DNA from: a virus
IMG/VR virus record: IMGVR_UViG_3300004369_000001
Location: 43,784-107,783 of that record
Strand: one strand, 5' to 3'
DNA: 64,000 nt
Of this stretch, positions 27,901 to 37,228 are shown piece by piece. The position numbers were made by a program, and so were the translations under genes. Every line of letters begins with the position of its first letter. Position 1 is the stretch's first letter. The notes beneath the pieces were generated by a model, which had not been told where the DNA came from, ran no database searches, and was given only the letters and a program-made list of their open reading frames with translations.

Positions 27901-28570
27901 AGATCTTCTGGTAATACAGGTTAAGATCTTCTGTATTAGCGAAGGTGAAGCAAGTTAGTTTGTGGTGAGAGAAATTTGGGGCAATTTGGGACAAATCGTC
28001 ACGGTAGTAGACCCCATTAGTGTCACCATCAAAGAAAGAAAACTGCCAGAAGTATGTTGCACCAGTGACCTTAAAGATGGATGTAGGTCCAGGTTCATTG
28101 GCAGCAGTAATACCCAAACTACCCTGCACTGTTGGGTATGGGACATACTTAGGCACAACTTTTGTGCGTCTTAGGTCAGATCCAACAACGGAGCAACCTC
28201 TAGGACAGATAACACCACCCCCAACTGAGTTAAATTTATATAACTCGTTGGAAGCAGAGGTGATATCGAAGTTAGTATTTTCGTTAAATGGTTGAATCTG
28301 GTTGTAATCAGCAAGACCAGGACGGTTGTCGATTACATATTCAGATGGATACAAATAAATCGAGAAGGCGTCAAATTCGTCGTTTGACAGACCCACTCGA
28401 TACGAAAATCTAGAGACTTCAAGAAAGGCACGCTGCAACGTCTTAAACGGACGCAATGCCGAGTTACCTCGGTTATCATATGCGTCCGATGCATCGAAGT
28501 CATCAGGGTTGACGTAGATAATACGTCCCGTCCTAGACGTGATGATATTCTTAAGACGAGTAAGTGCCAT
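24998..28570 (-). CDS. large tail fibre / virion structural protein (1190 aa)
   Basis: MALTRLKN..IYVNPDDFDA..RPFKTLQRA, ILRASGHTFEYLGFGPGNYST; typical cyanomyovirus fibre; CTAAATA late-like box upstream. Confidence 0.85.
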   Translation of the reverse strand: MALTRLKNIITSRTGRIIYVNPDDFDASDAYDNRGNSALRPFKTLQRAFLEVSRFSYRVGLSNDEFDAFSIYLYPSEYVIDNRPGLADYNQIQPFNENTNFDITSASNELYKFNSVGGGVICPRGCSVVGSDLRRTKVVPKYVPYPTVQGSLGITAANEPGPTSIFKVTGATYFWQFSFFDGDTNGVYYRDDLSQIAPNFSHHKLTCFTFANTEDLNLYYQKISKAYATIPDSSGIISQDQLQARVEENRIVGPISDEFAVSQIIRNGQTATAFTVDELGNPKNHGFSVGVAVNISGVTGPTDQDQLLYNGSFFVTSAQGNQFTYQMSSEPSGNAIGSNILVKVEIDTVDSASPYAFNLSLRSVWGINGMHADGAEATGFKSMVVAQFTGISLQKDDRAFVVYNPTTEQYEAQAAGSGAHINGLAKYRKGWRHAHIKASNDAFIQVVSVFAVGFGDHFFSESGGDLSITNSNSNFGNTSLRSKGFKAAAFTKDKAGQFTHVIPPKSLDDIDEIAINWITIDINKTRAAADPTKLYLYGYSVETGRPPTKIQGYTIGARQDDINSPDRIYVQLIASGATEPTVHYANITPTGPTVTGTAAGDDESPLKWDSAVGNWYIQVESTANTIYTTLQSNSIYQNLGFTPTTFIRRVPDARNLVDRIYRYRYVLDKDAFPVPRVPITGFVIQPRSSETNSPAYTRTYYVYAVETYQVFERGVADGIYYLTLLNASVTPTTTNFDDFEFSQQTVDLYPAFDRDNPVADPAASISIADNETLGLVKTTDGAQPTPNINTQLSITKETAQYFLQESQNNLGYTTASNVLNGISVTARLGDAEERKIPLKLNSDGSVQPLLIELRRYSILRASGHTFEYLGFGPGNYSTAFPSTQVEVLSPEQVRLSQSLKEAAGVAYYSGVNSDGELFVGNQVINPVTGQITNEDIAQLNVLGEEDTTIETFSELVLTDKLTVIGGASNQLESVFSGPVTFQKKITSQNEIQSLEFTYSNDDGTVLRKTFLAEEDGNGLPDLEAGLAFNTGDMCYNIDWAPGQALGWIYDNNVWYKFGLSDTTAITSNRYSGVTHYGIGIAPDATNRMKIGGNLHVEGDLEVTGKYGAVDKYSLATGIANANNGTTYAGDGATSAFAISSGHSAYSLLVFLNGVCQTPGVDYQVVGNSVDFSIGTIPQTGDTVHVRELVI

Positions 28571-28614
28571 TACTTGTTATCCTTGTATATGGTTATTTAG
28601 GTTATCAGTTGACG

Positions 28615-30795
28615 TTAGGGGACAGCAGCACCAGCGCCGTCATCAACTGCTGCCTTAGTCATGTTGATCACATCATAGTCATCACTCGAAGACTCAAAAC
28701 CATTCAACACAAAAGAAGTATTAGCATTACTAGAATATACCAAAAGATTTTGACCAGGACCAACTACAACGCCAGAGACCTTAGCTGTTGTTGTGGCGGC
28801 AATGTCCTCATCATAATACATCCAATCAGAAGCAGAATAAACATCAGTCGTATCTGCTTGAAGACCCGTGGAGATAGTAGCAACGTCAAGGGTCAGATTG
28901 GCAGCGCCACCACCACCGAGCAGAGAATCCAGGATAGTGATAGTATCGGCAGCAACGTGATTCTTACCACCGTCAAGGATGGTTACAGTTGCAGCACCAG
29001 ATCCATCAACAACAACCTCAAGGGACTGGTTAATGCCACTACCAGAGGAAGTGCCAGAAACAATGTATGTGCCAGCACTGCGGGAAGCATCTGCTCCACC
29101 AATATTGGTGATGGTGAGGATCTTACCGTCAACAACTTCAACGAAAGATCTCGTGCCGTTAATTCTTGTCGGGGAGTCATAGAATTGATCACCCACAGAG
29201 AATGAGGGGGATCCAGTGTCCGTAGAGACCTTCAGATGTTGTGCTACAGGATCCCATTCATGGACATAACCGTAAGCACCAGGATTAACACCATTTGCCT
29301 GAATTGTCTGAGTAACACCACCAATGGTAAATGTATCAGCAGTTGCGAGTGGTTCCCCACCAATGTTGTAGATGTAGATTCTACTGTAAGTTGGTTGAAG
29401 TTGGACGTTAGCAGTCAAACCGATACCATCAGTTTGCTCAGCATAGATGTTGAGCAGGTTAGAAGTCTGGTCGGTAATTGAAATCTCAACGATACCATTT
29501 GTGCCACCAGATCCAGTCTTAGTAACACCGATAGTATATTCTGTGCCAGTGCCATTAGCACCCTCTTGATCATCATCAGAGAATCTCAAATCATACCCAG
29601 TGTTAGACGCATGTGCCTGGTCGAAGATATAAGTCCTATCTACGTCCAAAGAGCGAGTCTGGGTGAAAACGTGATCATCAGCAACTGTAGATGTCTCAGA
29701 GAAAATAAACTTAGTGTCGATAGTCTGAGAGGCAGTAGCACTGAAGGAGATCACAGCAGCAGCACCGCTGGAGAAAGTCAAACCTTCATCTACACTAAAG
29801 AAGTTGAGAAGATACTGACCATTGTTTGTCAGAAGAGTTACGGTTTGACCGTTGTTGTGGTTAACATCGGACGTGCCGTAAGATCCACGAGTAACAGTCA
29901 GATCATTACCAGCAACACCAACAATCTCCATAATCTCGTTATCAACCAGGATGAAACCACCTGTAACGAAACCAGTAGAGTCTGTGAGTGTCAGAGTTGT
30001 ATCACCTGCAGGGTAGGTAGCACCTTCGTTGATTGTGCTGACAGTAGCAGAGGCAGACCATGCAGTAGACAGACGACCAGCAGGAATTGCTACAGCAGTT
30101 GTGCCAAGAGCACCACGAGTCACCGTGAGTGTATTGGTTGTGAGGTTAATACCAGAAGAATCAATACTGATAACTTCATCAGTGTTTGACAATTCCTGAG
30201 GGTCTCCAATGGTCAGATACATACCATCGGCAAGACCAGTATTGCGGTCAACTTGGACAGAAGTCGCAGAGTTAGAAACGTCGGGAATGTTGACATAAGC
30301 ACCAGATCCCTGAGTTGCTAGACCGCCTCTAAACTTAGCAACCAAACCAGAAGTATCGCCAGTGATGGTGTCACCGTCTTCCTCCAAACCAGAGAGACTA
30401 TCCTGAGCATAAGAGATCTGAATGATCTCTTCTACCTTGGCGTAGAAAATAACATCTTCTGTGGGTTTGTATACATCAAGCAGGGTAGCAGTAGCACCAG
30501 CAGTTGTTGTGATGTTTGTGCCAGGAATAGCAGAAGCATCTTGGAAACCAGGATTCAAATCCAGGTAATAAGATGTGACTGGGTTGCCCTTTGCGAATGC
30601 ATAGTTACTTGCGTTGAGACCGTCTAGGTGCAAAACCTGATCGTAATCTCGCAATGCCACTCTAAAGGTGCCAGCAGATCCATTTTGATTACAGACGCTT
30701 ACGACAGCGGAAGCAGTGTCTTCAATCGCTGCCCTATAGAGCAAAGTATTTGTAGTTGCCGCTGGATTTACAGCAGCGAGTCTTCCTGCTACCAT
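28615..30795 (-). CDS. virion structural protein (726 aa)
   Basis: Thr/Gly-rich beta repeats (LTVTRGALGT, LTVTRGSYGT); within the late unit. Confidence 0.8.
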   Translation of the reverse strand: MVAGRLAAVNPAATTNTLLYRAAIEDTASAVVSVCNQNGSAGTFRVALRDYDQVLHLDGLNASNYAFAKGNPVTSYYLDLNPGFQDASAIPGTNITTTAGATATLLDVYKPTEDVIFYAKVEEIIQISYAQDSLSGLEEDGDTITGDTSGLVAKFRGGLATQGSGAYVNIPDVSNSATSVQVDRNTGLADGMYLTIGDPQELSNTDEVISIDSSGINLTTNTLTVTRGALGTTAVAIPAGRLSTAWSASATVSTINEGATYPAGDTTLTLTDSTGFVTGGFILVDNEIMEIVGVAGNDLTVTRGSYGTSDVNHNNGQTVTLLTNNGQYLLNFFSVDEGLTFSSGAAAVISFSATASQTIDTKFIFSETSTVADDHVFTQTRSLDVDRTYIFDQAHASNTGYDLRFSDDDQEGANGTGTEYTIGVTKTGSGGTNGIVEISITDQTSNLLNIYAEQTDGIGLTANVQLQPTYSRIYIYNIGGEPLATADTFTIGGVTQTIQANGVNPGAYGYVHEWDPVAQHLKVSTDTGSPSFSVGDQFYDSPTRINGTRSFVEVVDGKILTITNIGGADASRSAGTYIVSGTSSGSGINQSLEVVVDGSGAATVTILDGGKNHVAADTITILDSLLGGGGAANLTLDVATISTGLQADTTDVYSASDWMYYDEDIAATTTAKVSGVVVGPGQNLLVYSSNANTSFVLNGFESSSDDYDVINMTKAAVDDGAGAAVP

Positions 30796-30802
30796 TTTTT
30801 AA

Positions 30803-32143
30803 TTACCATCCTGACTGAAAGTATGCTTGAAGTCTGAGTCGTCCGCCAAGGACAGGTGCCGAGATCGGACCACCGAAACTAATACCCACGTCAGAGATGT
30901 TGTTGGTAGACAACAACGTAGCATCTGCGTTGGGGAATTGAATGGTAACTGAGTTATCAATGTTTGATGCATCGATATTGATGATACCATTCAAGTCAAG
31001 TGGATTGTTGATTTTGAAATTCTCAACAGTCTTATTGACTAGAGTTTGAGTTTTTAACTCAGTCACCAGAATGCTGGTGCCTGATGTATTTAGGGGGAAT
31101 GCTGGATCGTTGTTTGGGAAACCAAAGTTATATGTTTGGTTATCCTCAATGTTGGAAAGATCAAACTGAATCTTTCTACCAATACCCAAAGCAGGATCTG
31201 TGTCAGCAAACACTGCACCTTGATAAATTTTGTTGCTAAGAGTTTGAGAGGACTCAGTGCCAACAACCTCAACGTTGAGGTCGGGGAAAACAACCTGCCT
31301 ATCAATAGTTAGGTTGGAAGAGTCAAAGATAACTCTAGCAGTGGGATTCTCAGGATCACCAGAAGGTGTGTTGGAGAATGTGGGGTTAACCATATTCTTG
31401 TTAAACACATTCTGATCGGTGATGTCATCGAGTAGTGTCGATTGAGTCACTGTAGCACCGAAATCGGGCAAGCGATAGATGTGAGTGCCAGGAGATTCCC
31501 AAGCGTCACATTCCAGTTTAGCGACCTTATCAGTTGATGTGGATCCAGTGATAGACAATTCACTATCTTTGATAATGATTGTTTTGTTGGTCAGAGTTTG
31601 GAATGTGTCATTAGCAACGAACGTTGTGGACGTGTTTGCTCCCACGTCGGGAAGATCAAAACGCTTGGTGCCAGATTGTGCTGAAATTGTATCTACGTTA
31701 AAGAATGCTCTCTTCGCAGGGTTTTGGTCACCAGTCAGATAAAACTCAACGTCTTTCAGTTGTGTGACACCTTGGACAGTGAAATAACCACTACCCTGAG
31801 GTGTGATCTGCACATTACTGTTAGCAGAAGCACTGTCAATTGCTTGGACATTCAGAGTTGAAGATCCGTCAGTGTTAGAGATTCTACTATTGTAGAGAGT
31901 TGCACTACCAAAAGTAATACCGATCTCATTAACTGCAGACTGATAGAGACCAGTGTCTCGGTCAAGGTCAAAACAAAGTCCAGGAGATGAAGCAGATCCT
32001 GCACTCACACCTCTGTGAAGTTGATTAACCTTTGCCTTGCGGTTTGGTTGCAGAGGGTCAGAAATGACCACTGGAAGAATAGATTCTCCAGTTACCTCTG
32101 CATCAGTAATCGCACTAAGTTGAGATATTCTCTTTGTTGCCAC
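30803..32143 (-). CDS. tail fibre-like virion protein
   Basis: GSASSPGLCFDLDRDTGLY; QTLTNK-type repeats; TATAAATA upstream. Confidence 0.8.
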   Translation of the reverse strand: MATKRISQLSAITDAEVTGESILPVVISDPLQPNRKAKVNQLHRGVSAGSASSPGLCFDLDRDTGLYQSAVNEIGITFGSATLYNSRISNTDGSSTLNVQAIDSASANSNVQITPQGSGYFTVQGVTQLKDVEFYLTGDQNPAKRAFFNVDTISAQSGTKRFDLPDVGANTSTTFVANDTFQTLTNKTIIIKDSELSITGSTSTDKVAKLECDAWESPGTHIYRLPDFGATVTQSTLLDDITDQNVFNKNMVNPTFSNTPSGDPENPTARVIFDSSNLTIDRQVVFPDLNVEVVGTESSQTLSNKIYQGAVFADTDPALGIGRKIQFDLSNIEDNQTYNFGFPNNDPAFPLNTSGTSILVTELKTQTLVNKTVENFKINNPLDLNGIINIDASNIDNSVTIQFPNADATLLSTNNISDVGISFGGPISAPVLGGRLRLQAYFQSGW

Positions 32144-32168
32144 AGCACAACCGCATCAGTTACAGTTT

Positions 32169-32176
32169 TATTTATA
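32169..32176 (-). promoter_or_regulatory. T4-type late promoter
   Basis: Exact TATAAATA about 25 nt upstream of ATG 32143. Confidence 0.8.
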
Positions 32177-32187
32177 CCCCTTAGGAT

Positions 32188-32790
32188 CTATGCAAAGACC
32201 ATTCGTTGTGTATACTTGTGAGCAAAATAGGTGCGGTTTCCATGGATACCCCAACCCAACCAAGGATATGACTGGTTGATATACCACTCGACAGAATTGC
32301 CAGCAGTTTTCATCTTGGGTTCGATGCCAATCCACTGTTGCTCATTGACAAGATAACGTAGTTGTGTTTCAAGGGTAGAAGGATCGCCACCATACTTCAT
32401 GGCGAATTTACCAAGACCCACATAACGTTGGGTAGTTGTCCATTGGATTAAACCATATCCACCACGAAGACAATTGGGATAAGTAACTCTTGCACCACCT
32501 TCACAGATGTTAGGGTGGAAATTACTTTCCGCTTTGATATTGCCCATAAGAGATGCCAGGGCATTTCTATCAGAAATACCACGCTTCTGGAAAAAGGACA
32601 GTGTAGTTTTTTCGTTGCTATTGCAACCAGGACACTTCCACGTTTTTGCTACAGGAGCAGGTTTTGGTGCGGGAGCAACCTTTGGTGCCTCAGACACTTT
32701 GGGCGGGGCTTTGATCTCGCTGATGCTGGGGTAAGCACAAGCGGGAAGTCCTACGGCAAGCGTCGGAAGGATCATCAGTTGTTTAAGCAT
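32188..32790 (-). CDS. phage tail-lysozyme-family hydrolase with lipoprotein-like signal
   Basis: ASLMGNIKAESNF...GGYGLIQWT...LETQLRY; N-terminal hydrophobic stretch ending LPAC. Confidence 0.75.
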   Translation of the reverse strand: MLKQLMILPTLAVGLPACAYPSISEIKAPPKVSEAPKVAPAPKPAPVAKTWKCPGCNSNEKTTLSFFQKRGISDRNALASLMGNIKAESNFHPNICEGGARVTYPNCLRGGYGLIQWTTTQRYVGLGKFAMKYGGDPSTLETQLRYLVNEQQWIGIEPKMKTAGNSVEWYINQSYPWLGWGIHGNRTYFAHKYTQRMVFA

Positions 32791-32857
32791 TTAGTTAAAT
32801 AGAAATCGACATCCACCAACAGACGAGAGATGACTCGTTGGGTAGCACGAAGTATAT

Positions 32858-32886
32858 ATCATACTCGATACCTATTTCCTTGTCAA
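32858..32886 (-). promoter_or_regulatory. sigma70-type promoter
   Basis: TTGACA (32881-32886), 17 nt, TATGAT (32858-32863). Confidence 0.75.
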
Positions 32887-32887
32887 G

Positions 32888-32959
32888 CTCCCCCTCCAGG
32901 ATTCGAACCTGGGACCCAACGATTAACAGTCGTTTGCACTACCGCTGTGCTAAGGAGGA
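32888..32959 (-). tRNA. tRNA-Asn(GTT)
   Basis: Cloverleaf TCCTCCT..AGGGGGA; anticodon arm AACGA-CT GTT AA-TCGTT; GGTTCGAATCC; no encoded CCA. Confidence 0.95.
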
Positions 32960-32965
32960 ATGGGA

Positions 32966-33052
32966 CGGAGAGTTAGGGATTTGAACCCTAGATGAGGTTG
33001 CCCCCATACAGCATTTCCAGTGCTGCTCCTTAAACCACTCGGACAACTCTCC
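32966..33052 (-). tRNA. tRNA-Ser(GGA)
   Basis: GGAGAGT..ACTCTCC; CAGCA-CT GGA AA-TGCTG; long variable arm; GGTTCAAATCC. Confidence 0.95.
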
Positions 33053-33054
33053 AA

Positions 33055-33128
33055 AGCCTAATGTCGGACTTGAACCGACGACCTACGGTTTACAAAACCG
33101 TTGCTCTATCCAGCTGAGCTAATCAGGC
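33055..33128 (-). tRNA. tRNA-Thr(TGT)
   Basis: GCCTGAT..ATTAGGC; ACGGT-TT TGT AA-ACCGT; GGTTCAAGTCC. Confidence 0.95.
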
Positions 33129-33388
33129 ACTTCTTCAAAATTTTCTATCATGTCTTCCATCGGGAAGAGTAGTGGATGACACTCTTCAGCGACCAAGTAG
33201 TAGGACATACGATAGAGGTCTTCCAGAGTATATGACGTAGTTGTGGCTGCGTCAAGCTGGACTTCTGGATCGTCTTGAATGATTTTGGGTAACTCATCGA
33301 AGGTGTAAGGGATTCCACATATCTTGTAGAGTTTAACAATCCCTACCTCTTCGATGATTGCATAATTGCTCGTTACCCTTATCTTCAT
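33119..33388 (-). CDS. hypothetical protein
   Basis: 89 aa; last 10 nt overlap tRNA-Thr. Confidence 0.7.
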   Translation of the reverse strand: MKIRVTSNYAIIEEVGIVKLYKICGIPYTFDELPKIIQDDPEVQLDAATTTSYTLEDLYRMSYYLVAEECHPLLFPMEDMIENFEEVPD

Positions 33389-33643
33389 TTAGAAATCCCT
33401 CGTCATCTCTGCTAGCGACTCTGCGACATAAGCACCAACAGCAGCAGGATCAGGAGTGAATTCTTCAGGATCTGGAATATTGACTCCAGGATCTAACTGA
33501 GTATAACCCATAACTGGGGTCATGATAACTGCTTTACCGTTGTCGGTGATTATCTTAATAGTGTGACCTTTTTCAACCAATTTAATAGCGAAATCAAAGT
33601 TATCTTCGATTTCTTCTACCGTCAGTGTAATAATAGTGCTCAT
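33389..33643 (-). CDS. Phd/YefM-like small protein
   Basis: LTVEEIEDNFDFAIKLVEKGHTIKIITDNGKAVIMTP. Confidence 0.55.
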   Translation of the reverse strand: MSTIITLTVEEIEDNFDFAIKLVEKGHTIKIITDNGKAVIMTPVMGYTQLDPGVNIPDPEEFTPDPAAVGAYVAESLAEMTRDF

Positions 33644-33852
33644 GGGATGTAAGTAATCATGTCATCTGGGACGTATCCTTTGATGTTACTGATGGTTTCG
33701 TGAAAACCTTCGGCACCATCTTGGTCCCACTTATATTTAACAACGTCTTCGTATCCTTCTTCGTCAACGATAGTAAATTGTCTTGCCGAGAATTTTACGA
33801 AGATGTGCGAAATGGCGTCTGACATGGGGACCTCTCTCAACCCCCACATCAT
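33640..33852 (-). CDS. hypothetical protein
   Basis: 70 aa ORF; start may be MSDAISH. Confidence 0.65.
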   Translation of the reverse strand: MMWGLREVPMSDAISHIFVKFSARQFTIVDEEGYEDVVKYKWDQDGAEGFHETISNIKGYVPDDMITYIP

Positions 33853-33855
33853 ACA

Positions 33856-36453
33856 TCAATTCAGGAGCAGTGGCAACCCATAGACCTGATGAGGACCAGC
33901 GGAGCAACCTGTTGCCATGAATCCAGTGCCCACACCGTAGGATGCAAGACCTGTGGAAACTTGGTTAATGATAGCACCACCAGCAGAGTTTACAATCTCA
34001 GCAATACCACCAGTAGCGGTGTTGATGAATGTAAAGTGTGCCCCAGTTGTGCCTAGGACGATATCTGCCATACCACCAACGTTGGTATTCGCAAAGGAAA
34101 TACGCATTTGAATGGGTGGTGTTGTGGCAGGAATGGGCACATCTGTTGTCAGGTCAATAATAGATCCATTAACAATATTAAAGATGCCACTTACAGGAGG
34201 TGGAATCAGAGATGGGAAGATATTGATCAGATTCAAGTGACCAGACTTCACAATAGATGTGATCCAGTTTGCTTCCATATCGATCTCACCGTCTGCAACC
34301 AGATCGATGACGTTACCTTCAATTTTTGTAACCTGAGAGCAAATGTTTGTGTTTCTGACAGCAGTGACGTTTACATTGGCACCTTGAATCTTAACGTCAC
34401 CAGTATATCCAATGGTGTGGTCACCATGTTTCAGAGCAGCACTACCCTGCTCCTTATCATCTTTCTTACCTTGTGAGAGTTGAGATCCACCAGGACGACG
34501 ACCCCACTTGTCAGCACCAGGCTCTCTAGGAATCGGAGGATAGAAACCATACTTCTCTGCCAATGTAATAGACTCAACAGAGTTTTCAAGGTTGGCAGCG
34601 TTGTTGGATCCGCTGTTAGTTGCGCCCTGTGCGCTGTCTGCAGATGCAGTTGGTGCCCCTTCTTTAGAGGATCCAGCTGCTTCTGTTTGTGGACCATTAC
34701 TTGTATTTTCGTTATATGCACCAATAACTTCAAGGTGCATGTTACCCATAACTTTGAGGTGGAAATCACCCTCAATAGTCATAGTCTTGTTGCCCTTAAC
34801 AGTTTCACAACAATCCTTACCAATGATTCTAGTATCGTTGTTGGGGACGTTTTTATGGACGTTACCAATAGAGTCTTCAATTGTGGAGACTGCACCAGGA
34901 CCACTCACAATACGCTTCTCTTTTCCTGGCGTAGCATCTTCGATGATGCTCGTGCCATTCAAAAATGTTTGTGTGGCTTGTCTATATGGATCGAGATTAG
35001 TAAATAGATCTTGGAAATAACCAGCACCAGACCCAGAAGCGTTTCGATATTGATCTAGGTTACGATATCCTGCAGATGCTAACGTTGTGCCTAAATCTCC
35101 ACAAGTTGTAGTGCCTACAAGTGGATACCAACCTTTCACCCTCGTGTTTTTAACAGGTCGATCACATAACTTACCGAAGATCGCTTTCAAGATTGCCAGA
35201 ATAATACCCAGCAGAGATCCCCAATCCAACTTGGAGAAGTCAACAGAAAGGATCTTACCAAGATTACTAATAGCAGATCCAAGACTCTGAGCAACCTCAA
35301 CAGCGGATATAACTGTGTTGATAATATCTGCCGTTTGGGCTAGAGCATTTTGCACACCCTGCAAGATTCTATCGGTGATACCCGCCACTCTATCCATGAC
35401 ACCAGCAAGCACGTCAGCAATTTTATCAACAATAGCGTTTGCTAACTGGTTTGCAAAGTTTGCCACATCTGATATTGCACCCTGCACAATACCTAACCAA
35501 GCGGGGTGAGGGACGCAGAAGATATCAAGAATTTCGCCCAGGAAACTCAGAATTGTTGTAATAACAATCAGAGGCACAAAGGAAGAAATTGCCTTTACAA
35601 TGATGTTGACAGCCTTAACAATAATCTCTGCCAAGGCATTCTTTAGGGGAGCAAGAATACCAGAAATTCCACCGTAAATGAAATTCATGATTTTACTCAA
35701 GCGATCCAAGACAGGATCACCAAGCACCTTCTTACCAGTGATCAATGAAATATAATTTCCATCTCTACCCTTGGCGAGCATGGTGGTCAGATTTGCCAAC
35801 TCTGTAAGCATACGCTTCAGGTCAGTTAGGAATCCCTCACCTGCAGGACCCCTAACACCATCAGCGACACCCTGCCTCTCAGAGGGGACCACCTGGGGGT
35901 TGGATGTTGCATCTCCCTTATTGGCAAGGGCAGCAGCTGCTTCACCTAGAGCACCCCTCGATTCGTCTTTTTTCAATCCAGGACCATCTGGAGCAGCAAC
36001 TACCTTAGGAGCAGTGTTTCCACCTTGGACTTTCTGTCCAGTAAGGGTCGCAGCAGCAGGAGGAGAGTCTGCATCTGCATTTGCTTGAGTGGGATCTGCA
36101 GCAAAAGTATCACTTTTAAGATCAACATCTTTAGTTGTGTGATAGGCACCCATGACCATGGGAATCTGCCCTTGCTCACCATCCATAAAGAAGCCAACAA
36201 CCATGGCACCTTCTTGGAGGTTGGACATGGTGCCAACTTGTTTGACCTGTGCTTTATCAGTAGGGACTAAACAGTTTGCCCAAGGCAGTGCTTCTGTTGG
36301 TAGTTTCTTTAGGTAATTCTCTTTGTCATTACCACCAGTATTCCAACCATAGATACGCACCTTGACACGACCAAGTTGAAGAGGATCTTTGTTGTCCTCA
36401 ACCTCTCCAATCCACCATACAAATCCATCAGATCCTGAATAGTCAGCTGCCAT
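33856..36453 (-). CDS. gp5: baseplate hub / puncturing device gp5 (no lysozyme domain seen)
   Basis: OB-fold GFVWWIGEVEDNKDPLQLGRVKVRIYG...VGFFMDG; beta-helix repeats VKGNKTMTIEGDFHLKVMGN. Confidence 0.88.
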   Translation of the reverse strand: MAADYSGSDGFVWWIGEVEDNKDPLQLGRVKVRIYGWNTGGNDKENYLKKLPTEALPWANCLVPTDKAQVKQVGTMSNLQEGAMVVGFFMDGEQGQIPMVMGAYHTTKDVDLKSDTFAADPTQANADADSPPAAATLTGQKVQGGNTAPKVVAAPDGPGLKKDESRGALGEAAAALANKGDATSNPQVVPSERQGVADGVRGPAGEGFLTDLKRMLTELANLTTMLAKGRDGNYISLITGKKVLGDPVLDRLSKIMNFIYGGISGILAPLKNALAEIIVKAVNIIVKAISSFVPLIVITTILSFLGEILDIFCVPHPAWLGIVQGAISDVANFANQLANAIVDKIADVLAGVMDRVAGITDRILQGVQNALAQTADIINTVISAVEVAQSLGSAISNLGKILSVDFSKLDWGSLLGIILAILKAIFGKLCDRPVKNTRVKGWYPLVGTTTCGDLGTTLASAGYRNLDQYRNASGSGAGYFQDLFTNLDPYRQATQTFLNGTSIIEDATPGKEKRIVSGPGAVSTIEDSIGNVHKNVPNNDTRIIGKDCCETVKGNKTMTIEGDFHLKVMGNMHLEVIGAYNENTSNGPQTEAAGSSKEGAPTASADSAQGATNSGSNNAANLENSVESITLAEKYGFYPPIPREPGADKWGRRPGGSQLSQGKKDDKEQGSAALKHGDHTIGYTGDVKIQGANVNVTAVRNTNICSQVTKIEGNVIDLVADGEIDMEANWITSIVKSGHLNLINIFPSLIPPPVSGIFNIVNGSIIDLTTDVPIPATTPPIQMRISFANTNVGGMADIVLGTTGAHFTFINTATGGIAEIVNSAGGAIINQVSTGLASYGVGTGFMATGCSAGPHQVYGLPLLLN

Positions 36454-36475
36454 TATTTAACTTGTATCTACGAAT

Positions 36476-36934
36476 TTATTTATTCACTTTCTTGAAGTGA
36501 TACTCACCCTGGTGATCAGGGGTGCCCCAAATGAGTTTTCCAGTCTTATCTCTTCCGTTATCCAAAGCCCAATAATCTTCACCGTTAAAACGGGCAACAC
36601 TGGTCACAAGGATCTTATTGTGCATACACGGTCCCTCAGTCTCACCCCACCAAGTCCCACCATCCATTCTTACAAACAAGTAAGGACACCCCTCACGATC
36701 TTTAATTAAGTCGTAGGTGTGAATCTTTACGATGTCTTTATGGATGTGATGCCAAGTGTGCCTGGCATGACGATATGGATTGTGCGCCCCTTGATAGTCA
36801 TACCAAGACTTAGAAGTAAATACTTTCCCTTCTTCTTCTATCTCGAAGAGTAAATTTATATGAGGCCAAAGAGAAGGATTGGAATATGCCTGCTTTGTAT
36901 TTTTATAGTGTCCTATAAGCTGTTCTTCAAACAT
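36476..36934 (-). CDS. cpeT: CpeT/CpcT-like phycobilin lyase
   Basis: GHYKNTKQAYSNPSLWPHI...NPYR...DNGRDKTGKLIWG. Confidence 0.8.
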   Translation of the reverse strand: MFEEQLIGHYKNTKQAYSNPSLWPHINLLFEIEEEGKVFTSKSWYDYQGAHNPYRHARHTWHHIHKDIVKIHTYDLIKDREGCPYLFVRMDGGTWWGETEGPCMHNKILVTSVARFNGEDYWALDNGRDKTGKLIWGTPDHQGEYHFKKVNK

Positions 36935-36955
36935 TCTCTGAAAACCGACAAGCTC

Positions 36956-36984
36956 ATTCTAATTATTATTGAGGATGTTGTCAA
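36956..36984 (-). promoter_or_regulatory. sigma70-type promoter for cpeT
   Basis: TTGACA (36979-36984), 17 nt, TAGAAT (36956-36961). Confidence 0.8.
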
Positions 36985-36985
36985 G

Positions 36986-37198
36986 TCAATCGTCGTAGAC
37001 TAGACACTCAGGCGAGCTTGGGTTGTTGTCACAATACAATTCCAGAGAAGTGGGATCGTGATGATCCTCAGGATGATTCTCATGATACGACTCAAGATCT
37101 TCCAATTCAGATTCCAGATGGCGGCGACGTTGAGCAGAGATAGTAGGATTAGAGAGCTCCTCTTTGTCTGCCTCTATATGCTTTTCAATCGATTCCAT
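36986..37198 (-). CDS. cp12: CP12 Calvin-cycle inhibitor
   Basis: C-terminal LELYCDNNPSSPECLVYDD; phage-type N-terminus without the first Cys pair. Confidence 0.93.
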   Translation of the reverse strand: MESIEKHIEADKEELSNPTISAQRRRHLESELEDLESYHENHPEDHHDPTSLELYCDNNPSSPECLVYDD

Positions 37199-37228
37199 TT
37201 TATGTTTACAGTAATACTTAAGTATTTA

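Noticed and set aside
32888-33128. tRNA cluster as a prophage attachment site
   Set aside because: No integrase or duplicated tRNA 3' end; gene content is that of a lytic T4-like phage.
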